A stretch of DNA of 64,000 bases from the NCBI GenBank assembly GCA_016217925.1, contig JACRFK010000010.1, positions 4,784 to 68,783 on the forward strand. Reading direction: 5' to 3'. Position numbers and translations under genes: made by a program. The notes beneath the pieces were generated by a model. The model saw nothing but the letters and a program-made list of their open reading frames with translations. It was not told the origin of the DNA and made no database searches. Position 1 is the stretch's first letter, and each line of letters opens with the position of its first letter. The DNA is from Candidatus Kaiserbacteria bacterium. GTDB taxonomy: Bacteria > Patescibacteriota > Minisyncoccia > Phycocordibacterales > UBA2100. Below are positions 8,041-16,888 of this stretch, piece after piece.

Positions 8041-8754
8041 ATGCATGTCCGGCCTGTTAAGACCCGCGTTTTTAAGCAGGGGGAAGACCTCGTCGCTTTT
8101 ATTTGCGCTCACGTTAAAAAACTGAAAGATGGGTCAGTCCTTATCGTGACGTCAAAAATCGTTGCGCTTGCGGAAGACGCCGTTGTGCAGATAAATACTC
8201 CGCGCGCCAAAGAGGCGATAATCCGCGCTGAGTCCGATTGGCAGCTGCATGCCAAACACGGAAAGCTGACGCTCAAAGACGGACTCCTCATGTGGAACGC
8301 GGGCATTGATGAATCCAACGCGAAAGGCAACGTCATTCTATTGCCGAGAGACAGTTTTAGATCCGCCCAGAAACTTTTTTTCAAACTCAAACAACTTTAC
8401 AAAGTAAAGTTGATGGGGGTGGTAATCACTGATAGTCGCATCATGCCGCTGCGCGCGGGTGTTGTCGGTGTAGCGCTTGGCTACGCGGGATTCAAGGGTT
8501 TGCGGGATTATCGCGGCAAAAAAGATGTATTCGGCCGGAAGCTGAAGTTTACTCAGACAGACGTCGCGGACTCGCTCGCAACCGCCGCGATACTCGTGAT
8601 GGGCGAGGGGAAGGAGCAGCGGCCACTGTGCGTTATCGAGGGTGCACCAGTAGAATTTCGCGGGGAGATAAATCGCCGGGAGCTTGTTATCGCACCAGAG
8701 GACGATATGTACCGCCCACTTTTTAGAATAACCAAGAAAAGAACGAAGAGATAG
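8041..8754 (+). CDS. CofE-like (F420-0:L-glutamate ligase family) putative folate gamma-glutamyl ligase
   Basis: VTSKIVAL, NAGIDESN, VITDSRIMPLRAG, AILVMGEGKEQRP. Confidence 0.85.
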   Translation: MHVRPVKTRVFKQGEDLVAFICAHVKKLKDGSVLIVTSKIVALAEDAVVQINTPRAKEAIIRAESDWQLHAKHGKLTLKDGLLMWNAGIDESNAKGNVILLPRDSFRSAQKLFFKLKQLYKVKLMGVVITDSRIMPLRAGVVGVALGYAGFKGLRDYRGKKDVFGRKLKFTQTDVADSLATAAILVMGEGKEQRPLCVIEGAPVEFRGEINRRELVIAPEDDMYRPLFRITKKRTKR

Positions 8755-10723
8755 AGTGAAATATTTTGTTTAGGAAACCACCGCCCACATTTGCCGCTGC
8801 GGCGGTTTGGGTGATAGGAACCGAAGTCGTGGGCGCAACTGATGGCGGGAGGACGCTTTTCTTTACAATGCTTTTCTTTTTCACGGGTTTTGGCGTCGTT
8901 AGTTTTGTTGAGGATGCGGTCGAGGACGCAGTCTCGATCGTCGTCGTGCTTGTTCCCAGTACAGTCGGCGTTACCGTTGCGACTACTTCTGGCGTTGACG
9001 TTGCGGTCGGTGGGGTCGTTGAAGCGGTCGCCTGTGTACTTGTAGCAGTTGAGGTTGCCGTGTTTTCCAGCACCCCTCCTCCAGAACTCGTTATTCCCTG
9101 GGCTGGCGGTCGGGAGAATGGCTGCAGCACTGTAAGCCAACTTTTGCCCGACGCCGCTGTGACCGCGTAGCTTGTGCTCCAGACGCGATTATCCGCCGTG
9201 TCGGTTGCCGGTCGTACGCCACCATCGGATTGTTGCGCACGCGCTATCGCATCCCCGGGGACGTATCCTCCGGAACTCGTATACGGAATTGCCCGCGTCG
9301 GGTCGCCCTCGTACGTGGAGTTAATCATCGTTTGTACCCAGCTCGTCGAGTCGACGGAACCCCAGCCTCCGTCCGCCTGCTGCGTCGAGACGAGGTATGC
9401 CTGTGCCTTTCCGAGGGATTGGCCGAGCGTTGATGATTTGATGCCCGGAGTGCCGAAGAGCAGTCCCACTGCTTGGGCGGCTGCAGCGGTCATGTCCGCG
9501 CTCCCGTCCCACGAGCCGTCCGGCCGCTGGGCCGAGAGGATGAATGCCGCTTCTTTTTGAATGATGGTATCGGACGGACCGTATCCGGCGCGTATAAGCG
9601 GGAAGATGGCAAAGATATCGTCGTTGTCGAGATTCGGGTCGCCGATTTGTGTGCCGTCAAACGCGCTCACGATAGGTGTGATGTAATCCATCGGCGTGCC
9701 CGAGTACGGATCGATGCCAAGTGCCTCGAGCGCCATCGCGTGCCGTTCGTAGTCGGTGATGCTAGAAAGCGCCGGTTTCGCTGAGAGCAGGTAATTACGC
9801 AGAAGTGTTTTCGATGCTCCGGGATCGCTCGCGGCAAACGCGAGGGCCGCCCAGTCGGTGAGGAGTGACGAGCTAAAGGATCCGTCGCCGTTTTGTTTTG
9901 ATGCGAGATAGGAAAGCGCCGAAGAAATGTTCAACGGATAGTGCGTTATACCACCAGTGCCTCCGCCGCCGGAGACCGGAGTGCCCGAGGGTGATGAATC
10001 GTCGGTCGTTGTCGCGGTAGAGGTAGCGATGAGGGACACGATGTGAAGCGTGACCTCTGACCCCAAGTTGTTGTCGGAGAAGTCGTGAAGTTGGAGCACG
10101 ATGGTATCGCCCGCCACGATCGGGAGTTGGCTCAGACCAAGACTAGCGAAACTTCCGTTCTGGTACAGTGCCCAATATTGACTACTCGGGTCCGCGGCAA
10201 CGCCGGCGAGTGCAGTAACAAAGAGACCAATGCTGGGGAACTGGTTTGAGAGTTGTGCGCTTGAGATGGAGCTGCTTGCAACTGCCGCCGAGAGCGCGCA
10301 GATACCGAGATAGGAAGTTGAAGAAGCGGCTTGGTAGTTGTGTACCACGGAGTCGGTATCGGTCACATTGCAGCTCGCAGGAACGTCTACCGATGCGTCG
10401 ATGCGCAGATATACGCCGACTTGCGAAGTCGTTGTTGCGGAATTGCCGGAGGCGTCCGTCGCGGTCCAGGTCACCGTGGTTGTGCCGAGCTGGAACGATT
10501 GAGGGGCATACGTCACGACTGGTGCGGAATCAATATCATCGGTCGCTGTTGCGGCGATAAGCAGCGACGATGCGGGGATAGCGGTGGCGGCGAACGTCTG
10601 TTCAACGGGCGCGGTAATGGTAGGCGCAGTCGTGTCAGGCGTCGTCGTGGCTTCATCGGCAAACGCGACGAACGGTATAAGGGTTGATGCAATGAGTGCG
10701 GCCAGGAAGAAATGAATTTTCAT
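8723..10723 (-). CDS. Exported surface protein: Ig/HYR-like domain + DUF4430-like beta domain + prenyltransferase-repeat alpha/alpha barrel + S/T-rich linker + C-terminal amphipathic anchor
   Basis: Signal peptide; TVTWTATDASGN; GLFVTALAG...YWALYQNGSFASLG; repeated Q-x-x-D-G-(S/G)-(F/W) motifs (KQNGDGSF, AQRPDGSW, TQQADGGW). Confidence 0.8.
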   Translation of the reverse strand: MKIHFFLAALIASTLIPFVAFADEATTTPDTTAPTITAPVEQTFAATAIPASSLLIAATATDDIDSAPVVTYAPQSFQLGTTTVTWTATDASGNSATTTSQVGVYLRIDASVDVPASCNVTDTDSVVHNYQAASSTSYLGICALSAAVASSSISSAQLSNQFPSIGLFVTALAGVAADPSSQYWALYQNGSFASLGLSQLPIVAGDTIVLQLHDFSDNNLGSEVTLHIVSLIATSTATTTDDSSPSGTPVSGGGGTGGITHYPLNISSALSYLASKQNGDGSFSSSLLTDWAALAFAASDPGASKTLLRNYLLSAKPALSSITDYERHAMALEALGIDPYSGTPMDYITPIVSAFDGTQIGDPNLDNDDIFAIFPLIRAGYGPSDTIIQKEAAFILSAQRPDGSWDGSADMTAAAAQAVGLLFGTPGIKSSTLGQSLGKAQAYLVSTQQADGGWGSVDSTSWVQTMINSTYEGDPTRAIPYTSSGGYVPGDAIARAQQSDGGVRPATDTADNRVWSTSYAVTAASGKSWLTVLQPFSRPPAQGITSSGGGVLENTATSTATSTQATASTTPPTATSTPEVVATVTPTVLGTSTTTIETASSTASSTKLTTPKPVKKKSIVKKSVLPPSVAPTTSVPITQTAAAANVGGGFLNKIFHSISSFFSWLF

Positions 10724-10756
10724 ATATTTTTGAAACTGACAACTAATAATTAATAA

Positions 10757-11260
10757 CTAGTAACTAACCTCATCACGCCACTCAATCGCGTCGCCCGCGT
10801 TGAGTGTCATTTGAGAAGCCCCCGTGCCGGATAGTTTTCCGTTTACATACAGTATCCAGCTGTGGCCGCTCTCCGCTTTTCGCCCGTTGATGGATTCCAC
10901 AAAAAATCCGAGCGAAGGATACTCGCGGCCCGTGAATACGAAATTTGTCGTGGAGGTAAGGATCCTCATCGCATCGAGGACAGTAGAGCCTTGTGGCGCA
11001 AAGGCCGCATATGACTCTCCGGCGACCGAGAGCGTGACATTCGGCGTTGGCGGGGTTGCTGGAGTAAGTACTTCGAGTTCCTTACTCGGGGATTGAGGTT
11101 TGACCGCAATCTCCGGAGGTTTAACCTCCGGAGATTCGCCCGTTGCGGCTTTAGAAACAGCCGAAGCGGGAGTCGACGGCGCCAAGAAAGAGCGTTGCGT
11201 GGAATAGGAACCCACTGCGAGTAGAGTAACGATGACACCGAGCAATAAGTATCTTTTCAT
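10757..11260 (-). CDS. DUF4430 (transcobalamin C-terminal-like) exported protein
   Basis: N-terminal hydrophobic segment; GSTVLDAM, GFFVESING, WILYVNG..SGTGA, GDAIEW. Confidence 0.85.
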   Translation of the reverse strand: MKRYLLLGVIVTLLAVGSYSTQRSFLAPSTPASAVSKAATGESPEVKPPEIAVKPQSPSKELEVLTPATPPTPNVTLSVAGESYAAFAPQGSTVLDAMRILTSTTNFVFTGREYPSLGFFVESINGRKAESGHSWILYVNGKLSGTGASQMTLNAGDAIEWRDEVSY

Positions 11261-11347
11261 ACAACAAAAAATCCGCGGTCGAGCGGAGATTCTTAGTGCA
11301 TGCGCCGTATAAAAGTTCGGCCACACGTTCTCCTGCTCGGGAATGAC

Positions 11348-11445
11348 AGTTGTTTGACGACCGGACTAACCTTTGCCCTTTTGGGCGAGCAGGTATTACC
11401 GTTGCGGCACAGTGGAGGAATTACACCTCACTTCCACAAACAACC
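11348..11445 (-). promoter_or_regulatory. Cobalamin riboswitch (short, Cbl-II/AdoCbl-variant-like)
   Basis: Minus strand: closing helix GTTGTTTG/CAAACAAC; GGAAGTGAGGTGTAATTCCTCCACTGTGCCGCAACGGTAA core; AGTCCGG B12-box-like segment; upstream of DUF4430 genes. Confidence 0.85.
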
Positions 11446-11552
11446 GTGGACGCGCATTGTATTCTTCGTGGAATTACGCGCAAGTGGATAGCGCAGTGCG
11501 AAACGTCTTTCCTGAATGCGCAAGCCCTGCGCATGATATATAGTTAGCGTTT

Positions 11553-12632
11553 ATGAACGAGGTAATCGCAAGCCCCGCTTTTTTTATTGGCAGGGGCGCG
11601 GAAGCGGGAAACCTTATCTCGTTCGGTTCCGGGCAGCCCGACCTTCCTCCGCCGCCCGCGGCCTACAACGTCCTCGCAAGTTATCGCGGCTTCAAATACG
11701 GTCGCGTACAGGGAGAAGAGACCCTCCGGCAGGCGATAGCCAAGGAGTACCCGAACGCGACTCCGGAGCAGATAGTCGTCACCAACGGCGCCTCTGAGGC
11801 CATAGACCTCGTCTTGCGGGCGATATCGGTACCGGGTGGAAAGGTGGCACTCCCGCGCCCGTACTATTATTCGTACCCGCACAATGTGGAGCTTGCCGGC
11901 ATGACGCCCGTCTACTACGACCTCGTGGACGGCAAGATTGATTTTGACGCATTCGAAAAAGTGGTCCGGGGATGCCGTGCAGTCATGATAAATTCGCCCT
12001 CGAATCCCACGGGGACCGTGCAGGAAGTGGCGACGCTCAAAAAGGTGGAGAAGCTTTGCGGCGATCTCGGCATCTACATACTTTCCGACGAGGTGTACAA
12101 GGACCTCATTTATGTGCGTGAGAATTATTTATTGACGGGCAAGCGCGTCGTGACCATCAATTCTTTTTCCAAGACCTATGCCATGTGCGGATTCCGTCTC
12201 GGCTATTTTCATACGTTCGACGAGAAGCTCGTTGAGGATGTGGTCGAGATGAAATCGCACACCTCGATGAATACTTCCATCGGGAGCCAGGCAATGGGGC
12301 TCGCCGCGATGAAAGAGCGCGATACCTACGTTCCTGCGCATCTGCCGATATGGGAAGAGCGCCGCGATCTCATGTACAAAGGCATGTGCGAGCTTGACCT
12401 CGACCTCTGGAAACCCGAGGGCGCATTTTACGTGTTCCCGAAATTCAGGGATGCCACGCGCGCGATGCACGACCTCTACTACAACTACGACGTCATCACC
12501 TACGACGGCACGTGGTTCGGTGCTCCGAAACGCCTGCGTTTCAGCTACGCGCTAGACGTGGCAAAGATCGAGGAGGGGCTCAAACGCGTCGGGAAGTTTT
12601 TGGAGAACGAATATAAAACGTATCCTGCATGA
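11553..12632 (+). CDS. PLP-dependent aminotransferase class I/II
   Basis: GQPD, VTNGASEA, NSPSNPTG, SDEVY, SFSKTYAMCGFRLG. Confidence 0.9.
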   Translation: MNEVIASPAFFIGRGAEAGNLISFGSGQPDLPPPPAAYNVLASYRGFKYGRVQGEETLRQAIAKEYPNATPEQIVVTNGASEAIDLVLRAISVPGGKVALPRPYYYSYPHNVELAGMTPVYYDLVDGKIDFDAFEKVVRGCRAVMINSPSNPTGTVQEVATLKKVEKLCGDLGIYILSDEVYKDLIYVRENYLLTGKRVVTINSFSKTYAMCGFRLGYFHTFDEKLVEDVVEMKSHTSMNTSIGSQAMGLAAMKERDTYVPAHLPIWEERRDLMYKGMCELDLDLWKPEGAFYVFPKFRDATRAMHDLYYNYDVITYDGTWFGAPKRLRFSYALDVAKIEEGLKRVGKFLENEYKTYPA

Positions 12633-13444
12633 TAGGTTTTTTTGATTCCGGATTCGGCGGTTTGCATGTACTCCGGGGGATTACCAAGCGTCTCCCCGGG
12701 TACGATTACATCTATCTGGGCGATAGCGCGCGGGCGCCGTACGGACCGCGCTCTTCGGAGGAAGTGTATGCATATACAAAACAGGGAGTGGAATTCCTCT
12801 TCGCACACGGGGCCGAGCTCGTCGTGCTCGCCTGCAATACGGCCTCGAGCGAGGCGCTGCGCAAGATTCAGCAGGAATATCTGCGTGAGGGGAGTCCGAA
12901 AAAGGTACTCGGAGTTCTTATCCCTTTTGCGGAAGCGGCCGCGGCGCGCACGAAAAATAAACGGGTCGGCGTCATGGCGACGGAAGGAACAGTGCGCTCA
13001 GACGCGTTCAAGCGGGAAATAACGAAAGCCGATAGCACGATTCAAGTTTCCCAACAGGCATGCCCGCTCCTCGTGCCGCTTGTTGAGGCGGGGGAGCAGG
13101 ATTCCGCCCGCGCGGACGAACTCATCCGCGGATACGTGGCCCCGCTGCTCGAAAAAAATATCGACACATTGGTCTTGGGTTGCACGCATTACGGAATATT
13201 GGAAGGAAAGATCCGGGCAGCTGTCGGGCCGGACATAAAGATCATTTCCGAAGAGGACGTTATGCCCGACGGTCTCGCATCGTATCTGAATCGACACCCT
13301 GAAGTAGAGCAACGCGTCGAGAAAAAGGGGACGGTACGGTTTTATTGCACGGGCGACACAAAGGCCTTTAACACCCTCGGTACCGTCTTTTTCGAAAAAG
13401 CAGTAGAAGCGGAACAGGTGACTCTTGGTGCGCAGGCGGTATAG
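12629..13444 (+). CDS. murI: Glutamate racemase
   Basis: FDSGFGGL, PYG, ACNTAS, LGCTHY. Confidence 0.95.
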   Translation: MIGFFDSGFGGLHVLRGITKRLPGYDYIYLGDSARAPYGPRSSEEVYAYTKQGVEFLFAHGAELVVLACNTASSEALRKIQQEYLREGSPKKVLGVLIPFAEAAAARTKNKRVGVMATEGTVRSDAFKREITKADSTIQVSQQACPLLVPLVEAGEQDSARADELIRGYVAPLLEKNIDTLVLGCTHYGILEGKIRAAVGPDIKIISEEDVMPDGLASYLNRHPEVEQRVEKKGTVRFYCTGDTKAFNTLGTVFFEKAVEAEQVTLGAQAV

Positions 13445-13451
13445 TGGCTTT

Positions 13452-14843
13452 ATGAGCTACGCGGACGACTTCAACAATAAACGGATTACGGTGCTCGGAT
13501 TGGGACTCCTGGGGCGTGGGATCGGTGATGTGGAATTCCTGGCGAAATGCGGCGCGGAAGTCTTGGTCACGGACAAAAAAACGGAGGCGGAACTTGCGGG
13601 GTCCGTGGCAAAGTTGAAAAAATATGCCAATGTCACCTTCAAACTCGGCGGGCACGATGCGGAAGATTTCTCCTCCGGAGGAGGATCCGCCTTCGGCGGA
13701 AAAGGACCCGACATGGTGTTGAAGGCTGCGGGCGTGCCGCTTGACTCGAAAGAGGTAGCGGCCGCACGTGCCGCGGGCATTCCTGTAGCGATGTCGACTG
13801 CGCTCTTCGCGAAGTACGCAATGGATGCGGGAGCAAAAATCGTCGGCGTGACGGGGACGCGCGGCAAGACGACCGTTGCGCATATGATCTACCACACTCT
13901 GGAGAGCGGAATGCCCGGACGGGGCAAGGGATTTCCGGAATTTTCTGATAGAGCGCCGCGGCCTTTTTTGGGCGGCAATATTCGCGGTATTTCAACGCTT
14001 GCCATGTTGCCGGACGTCAAAAGAGGGGACATTGCGGTTCTGGAACTTGATTCATGGCAGCTGCAAGGATTCGGCGACCTCAAAATGAGTCCTGATATAA
14101 GCATTTTCACGAACCTCATGCCCGACCATCAGAATTATTACAAAGACATGGACGAGTATTTCAGGGATAAGGCAAATATTTTCCGGTATCAAAAGGTCGG
14201 CGGCGTTCTCGTCGTCGGGGGAGAGATTGCGGATAAAGTTCGTGCCGAGCAATCCCCGCTCGACCCCGTCGTTCCGGAAAAGATACCATCGGACTGGAAA
14301 TTGCGGGTCGTTGGCGAACACAACCGGGAGAATGCATCGTTCGCGAATGCGGCGCTTCAGGCACTCGGGCTCCCGGACGACGAGATTAAGGCGGGACTTG
14401 AGTCGTTCGAAGGAGTCGAAGGGCGCCTGCAGTTCGTACGCGAAGTGAACGGCGTGAAAATCTACAACGACAACAATGCGACGACGCCCGAGGCGACCAT
14501 CGCCGCTTTGCGGGCCCTCGGGGGAAATATCACGCTCATTACCGGCGGTTCCGAGAAGGGTCTGGCACTTGAAGAATTGGTTTCAGAAATAAAAAAGCGC
14601 GTTTCGAACGTTATTCTTCTCACGCACCCGAATTACCAAGGCTCGGAACGGCTCGCGGGTGTTCTCAAGAAGGCGGGTATTCCTTACGACGAGGCACGTG
14701 AACTCACGGCGGCCGTGACTTCCGCGCTAGAAAAAACAAAAACGGGGACCATATTATTCAGTCCCGCATTCGCATCGTTCGGTATGTTCAAGAATGAATA
14801 TGAACGCAACGACCAGTTTTTGGAGCTTGTGCACCGCGCCTGA
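13452..14843 (+). CDS. murD: UDP-N-acetylmuramoyl-L-alanine:D-glutamate ligase
   Basis: VLGLGLLG, GVTGTRGKTT, GGNI, LELDSWQL, YNDNNATTP, FSPAFASFGMFKNEYERND. Confidence 0.95.
   Translation: MSYADDFNNKRITVLGLGLLGRGIGDVEFLAKCGAEVLVTDKKTEAELAGSVAKLKKYANVTFKLGGHDAEDFSSGGGSAFGGKGPDMVLKAAGVPLDSKEVAAARAAGIPVAMSTALFAKYAMDAGAKIVGVTGTRGKTTVAHMIYHTLESGMPGRGKGFPEFSDRAPRPFLGGNIRGISTLAMLPDVKRGDIAVLELDSWQLQGFGDLKMSPDISIFTNLMPDHQNYYKDMDEYFRDKANIFRYQKVGGVLVVGGEIADKVRAEQSPLDPVVPEKIPSDWKLRVVGEHNRENASFANAALQALGLPDDEIKAGLESFEGVEGRLQFVREVNGVKIYNDNNATTPEATIAALRALGGNITLITGGSEKGLALEELVSEIKKRVSNVILLTHPNYQGSERLAGVLKKAGIPYDEARELTAAVTSALEKTKTGTILFSPAFASFGMFKNEYERNDQFLELVHRA
13671..13700. repeat. 30-bp double-palindrome in-frame insertion in murD
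   Basis: TCCTCCGGAGGAGGA-TCCGCCTTCGGCGGA encoding SSGGGSAFGG; related copy at 26501-26530. Confidence 0.75.
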
Positions 14844-14849
14844 ATCCGT

Positions 14850-15839
14850 CTAGAAAATAAAGTTCGCGATGTAGGCGGCGAAGAATGCGATGATGCCGCA
14901 GATGGGGAAGGTCATGAACCAGCCCTTCACGACGGTGCCGAGAACTCCCCACCGCACGTCGCCCGTCCGTCGCGACGAGCTCGCGCCCGCGATCGCCGAG
15001 GTAATCGTGTGTGTCGTCGAAAGCGGCACGCCGAAGACCGACGCCGCGATAATGGTCGAAGACGCCGCGCTCGTCGCGACAAAACCCTGCCACGATTTGA
15101 TGTTGACCATGCGTTTGCCGATGGTCGCGATGATGCGCCAACCGCCGAGTGATGTGCCGAGTCCCATCGTGAGTCCGCAAAGCACGATGACCCACCACTG
15201 TATGTGGAACGCGGGTATCTGCGCGCCAAGAACCAGTACGAGCGTGAAAATACCGATGAATTTTTGTCCGTCGTTCATACCGTGTGCGAATGCCATGGTG
15301 CCGGCGGTGAAAATGTGCGCGATATCAAAACCTGTCTTTGCGCGCCGCGGAGAGCATGACGCGGCGAACATCATGACGACCTTGCTCAGGAGGAATGCAA
15401 GACCAAAACCCGCGATGACCGACAGGAGCATGCCGATACCAATTTTCAGCCAGCCTGCCAAGAGGAGTGCGCCGAATCCGCCGCCGGCGATAGCCGCTCC
15501 CGCAAGGCCCGCCACGAGCGCGTGCGATTTACTGATGGGGAGGCCGCGGTGTGCCGCAAAAGCGCCCCAGGCGATGATGGCGACCATCGCCGCCGCAATT
15601 GCGGGTACCGTGACGGAATCGGTCGTCACGATTCCTTTGCCTATCGTCGCCGCGACCGCCGTCCCCGACATGGCGCCCGCGATATTGAGAACGACGGCCA
15701 TCGGCACCGCCATGCTAAGCGGTAGCGTGCTCGTCGAGACCACGGTCGCAATGGCATTGGGCGCGTCGGTCCAGCCGTTGATGAATTCTGCCGCGAGCAC
15801 CAAAAGCAGTGCCACGCCGAGGAGAATGAGCGCGGTCAT
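14850..15839 (-). CDS. Inorganic phosphate transporter, PiT family
   Basis: NGWTDAPNAIAT and HGMNDGQK signature motifs, PLSTTH. Confidence 0.92.
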   Translation of the reverse strand: MTALILLGVALLLVLAAEFINGWTDAPNAIATVVSTSTLPLSMAVPMAVVLNIAGAMSGTAVAATIGKGIVTTDSVTVPAIAAAMVAIIAWGAFAAHRGLPISKSHALVAGLAGAAIAGGGFGALLLAGWLKIGIGMLLSVIAGFGLAFLLSKVVMMFAASCSPRRAKTGFDIAHIFTAGTMAFAHGMNDGQKFIGIFTLVLVLGAQIPAFHIQWWVIVLCGLTMGLGTSLGGWRIIATIGKRMVNIKSWQGFVATSAASSTIIAASVFGVPLSTTHTITSAIAGASSSRRTGDVRWGVLGTVVKGWFMTFPICGIIAFFAAYIANFIF

Positions 15840-16477
15840 GCTTCTTTTCTTGCGATGGAAAGAATGAGCGTCCCGCAGTGATTGGCGGTATCGGTCACGT
15901 CTTCGAGCATACGGAACAGGTTGTCGTGTGCAATAAATGCGAGGGGGTCAGCGGCGATTTTCTTGTCGCCCACGAGCGCTTTCTCCGCTTTATGGAGAAT
16001 GGCGTCCGCTCCGGCTTCCGATTTTGCAAGGTGACGCGTGTACTCCTTGACGCGCGCGAGTTCGAGCCGGCGCTCTTTCAGCAGTGTCGTGAGTTGCAGC
16101 ACCGTTGCGCTCATGTCCTCGATGGTTTCCATGAGCTCATGCGCCTCGGGGCGCAAATGTTCCAGATAGGGTTTGTAGGTGTCCACATGCGTCGCGATAT
16201 GGCGCATGCCGTCGAGCGTATTGTCGAGCGTGTTCGCGAGGTTGGCGATGTCGGATTTGTCGAAGCGGAGGATAAATGCGCTGTCGAGTATCTCGTGGAT
16301 GCGCTGCTCGGTCATATCACCCTCCCGTTCAAAAGCGACAATCTCCGGAAGGGCGCTGCCCTCGCTTTTTTGGAGCACCTCGGCGCATGCCGATGCAATC
16401 TCCGCCTGCCGCCGCAAGAGGTCGGTGATATTGCCGTTTTCGGACCGGCCGAAGAAACGTTCGAGCGAGTTCTTCAC
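15836..16477 (-). CDS. DUF47 family phosphate transport regulator
   Basis: EREGD, FILRFDKSDI, LDNTLD; coupled to PiT gene. Confidence 0.88.
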   Translation of the reverse strand: MKNSLERFFGRSENGNITDLLRRQAEIASACAEVLQKSEGSALPEIVAFEREGDMTEQRIHEILDSAFILRFDKSDIANLANTLDNTLDGMRHIATHVDTYKPYLEHLRPEAHELMETIEDMSATVLQLTTLLKERRLELARVKEYTRHLAKSEAGADAILHKAEKALVGDKKIAADPLAFIAHDNLFRMLEDVTDTANHCGTLILSIARKEA

Positions 16478-16537
16478 CTCAACGTTATAGCACCGTCCCC
16501 CCTGTTAGGCGAGTGGATAAAAGGTGCGCGAAAGTAT

Positions 16538-16801
16538 TCAGGCGGAGGGCAGACGAAGCATAAGCGTTTCGATACCCTTGCGCATGCTTTTGCTTGTTTC
16601 GGGGTCGTTTTGAAGGTCCTTAATGGTTTCCTGCAGGCGGCTGTCGATGCCGTTACTGTTGTCGAAAAGGTACGAAGGAAATTCCTCAAAGCGCTCGAAG
16701 TACTCTACGAAAATAGACTTGCGGAGCTTTGCATTCAAGCTCGTTGCAGCGGCTTTCAATTCTTCGAAATTGAATTTCGGTTTCTTGTCCGCGTGAGCCA
16801 T
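16538..16801 (-). CDS. Hypothetical protein (87 aa)
   Basis: ATG at 16801 (MAHADKKP...EEFPSYLFD); compact ORF co-oriented with DUF47. Confidence 0.65.
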   Translation of the reverse strand: MAHADKKPKFNFEELKAAATSLNAKLRKSIFVEYFERFEEFPSYLFDNSNGIDSRLQETIKDLQNDPETSKSMRKGIETLMLRLPSA

Positions 16802-16888
16802 TTCCGCATTGTATATCCTTTCCGGGTTCAGCGATATCTCCGTCTCCTTCGGCGAGTGACGCGCATGCGTGGAGTAACGGTGTAAAAT

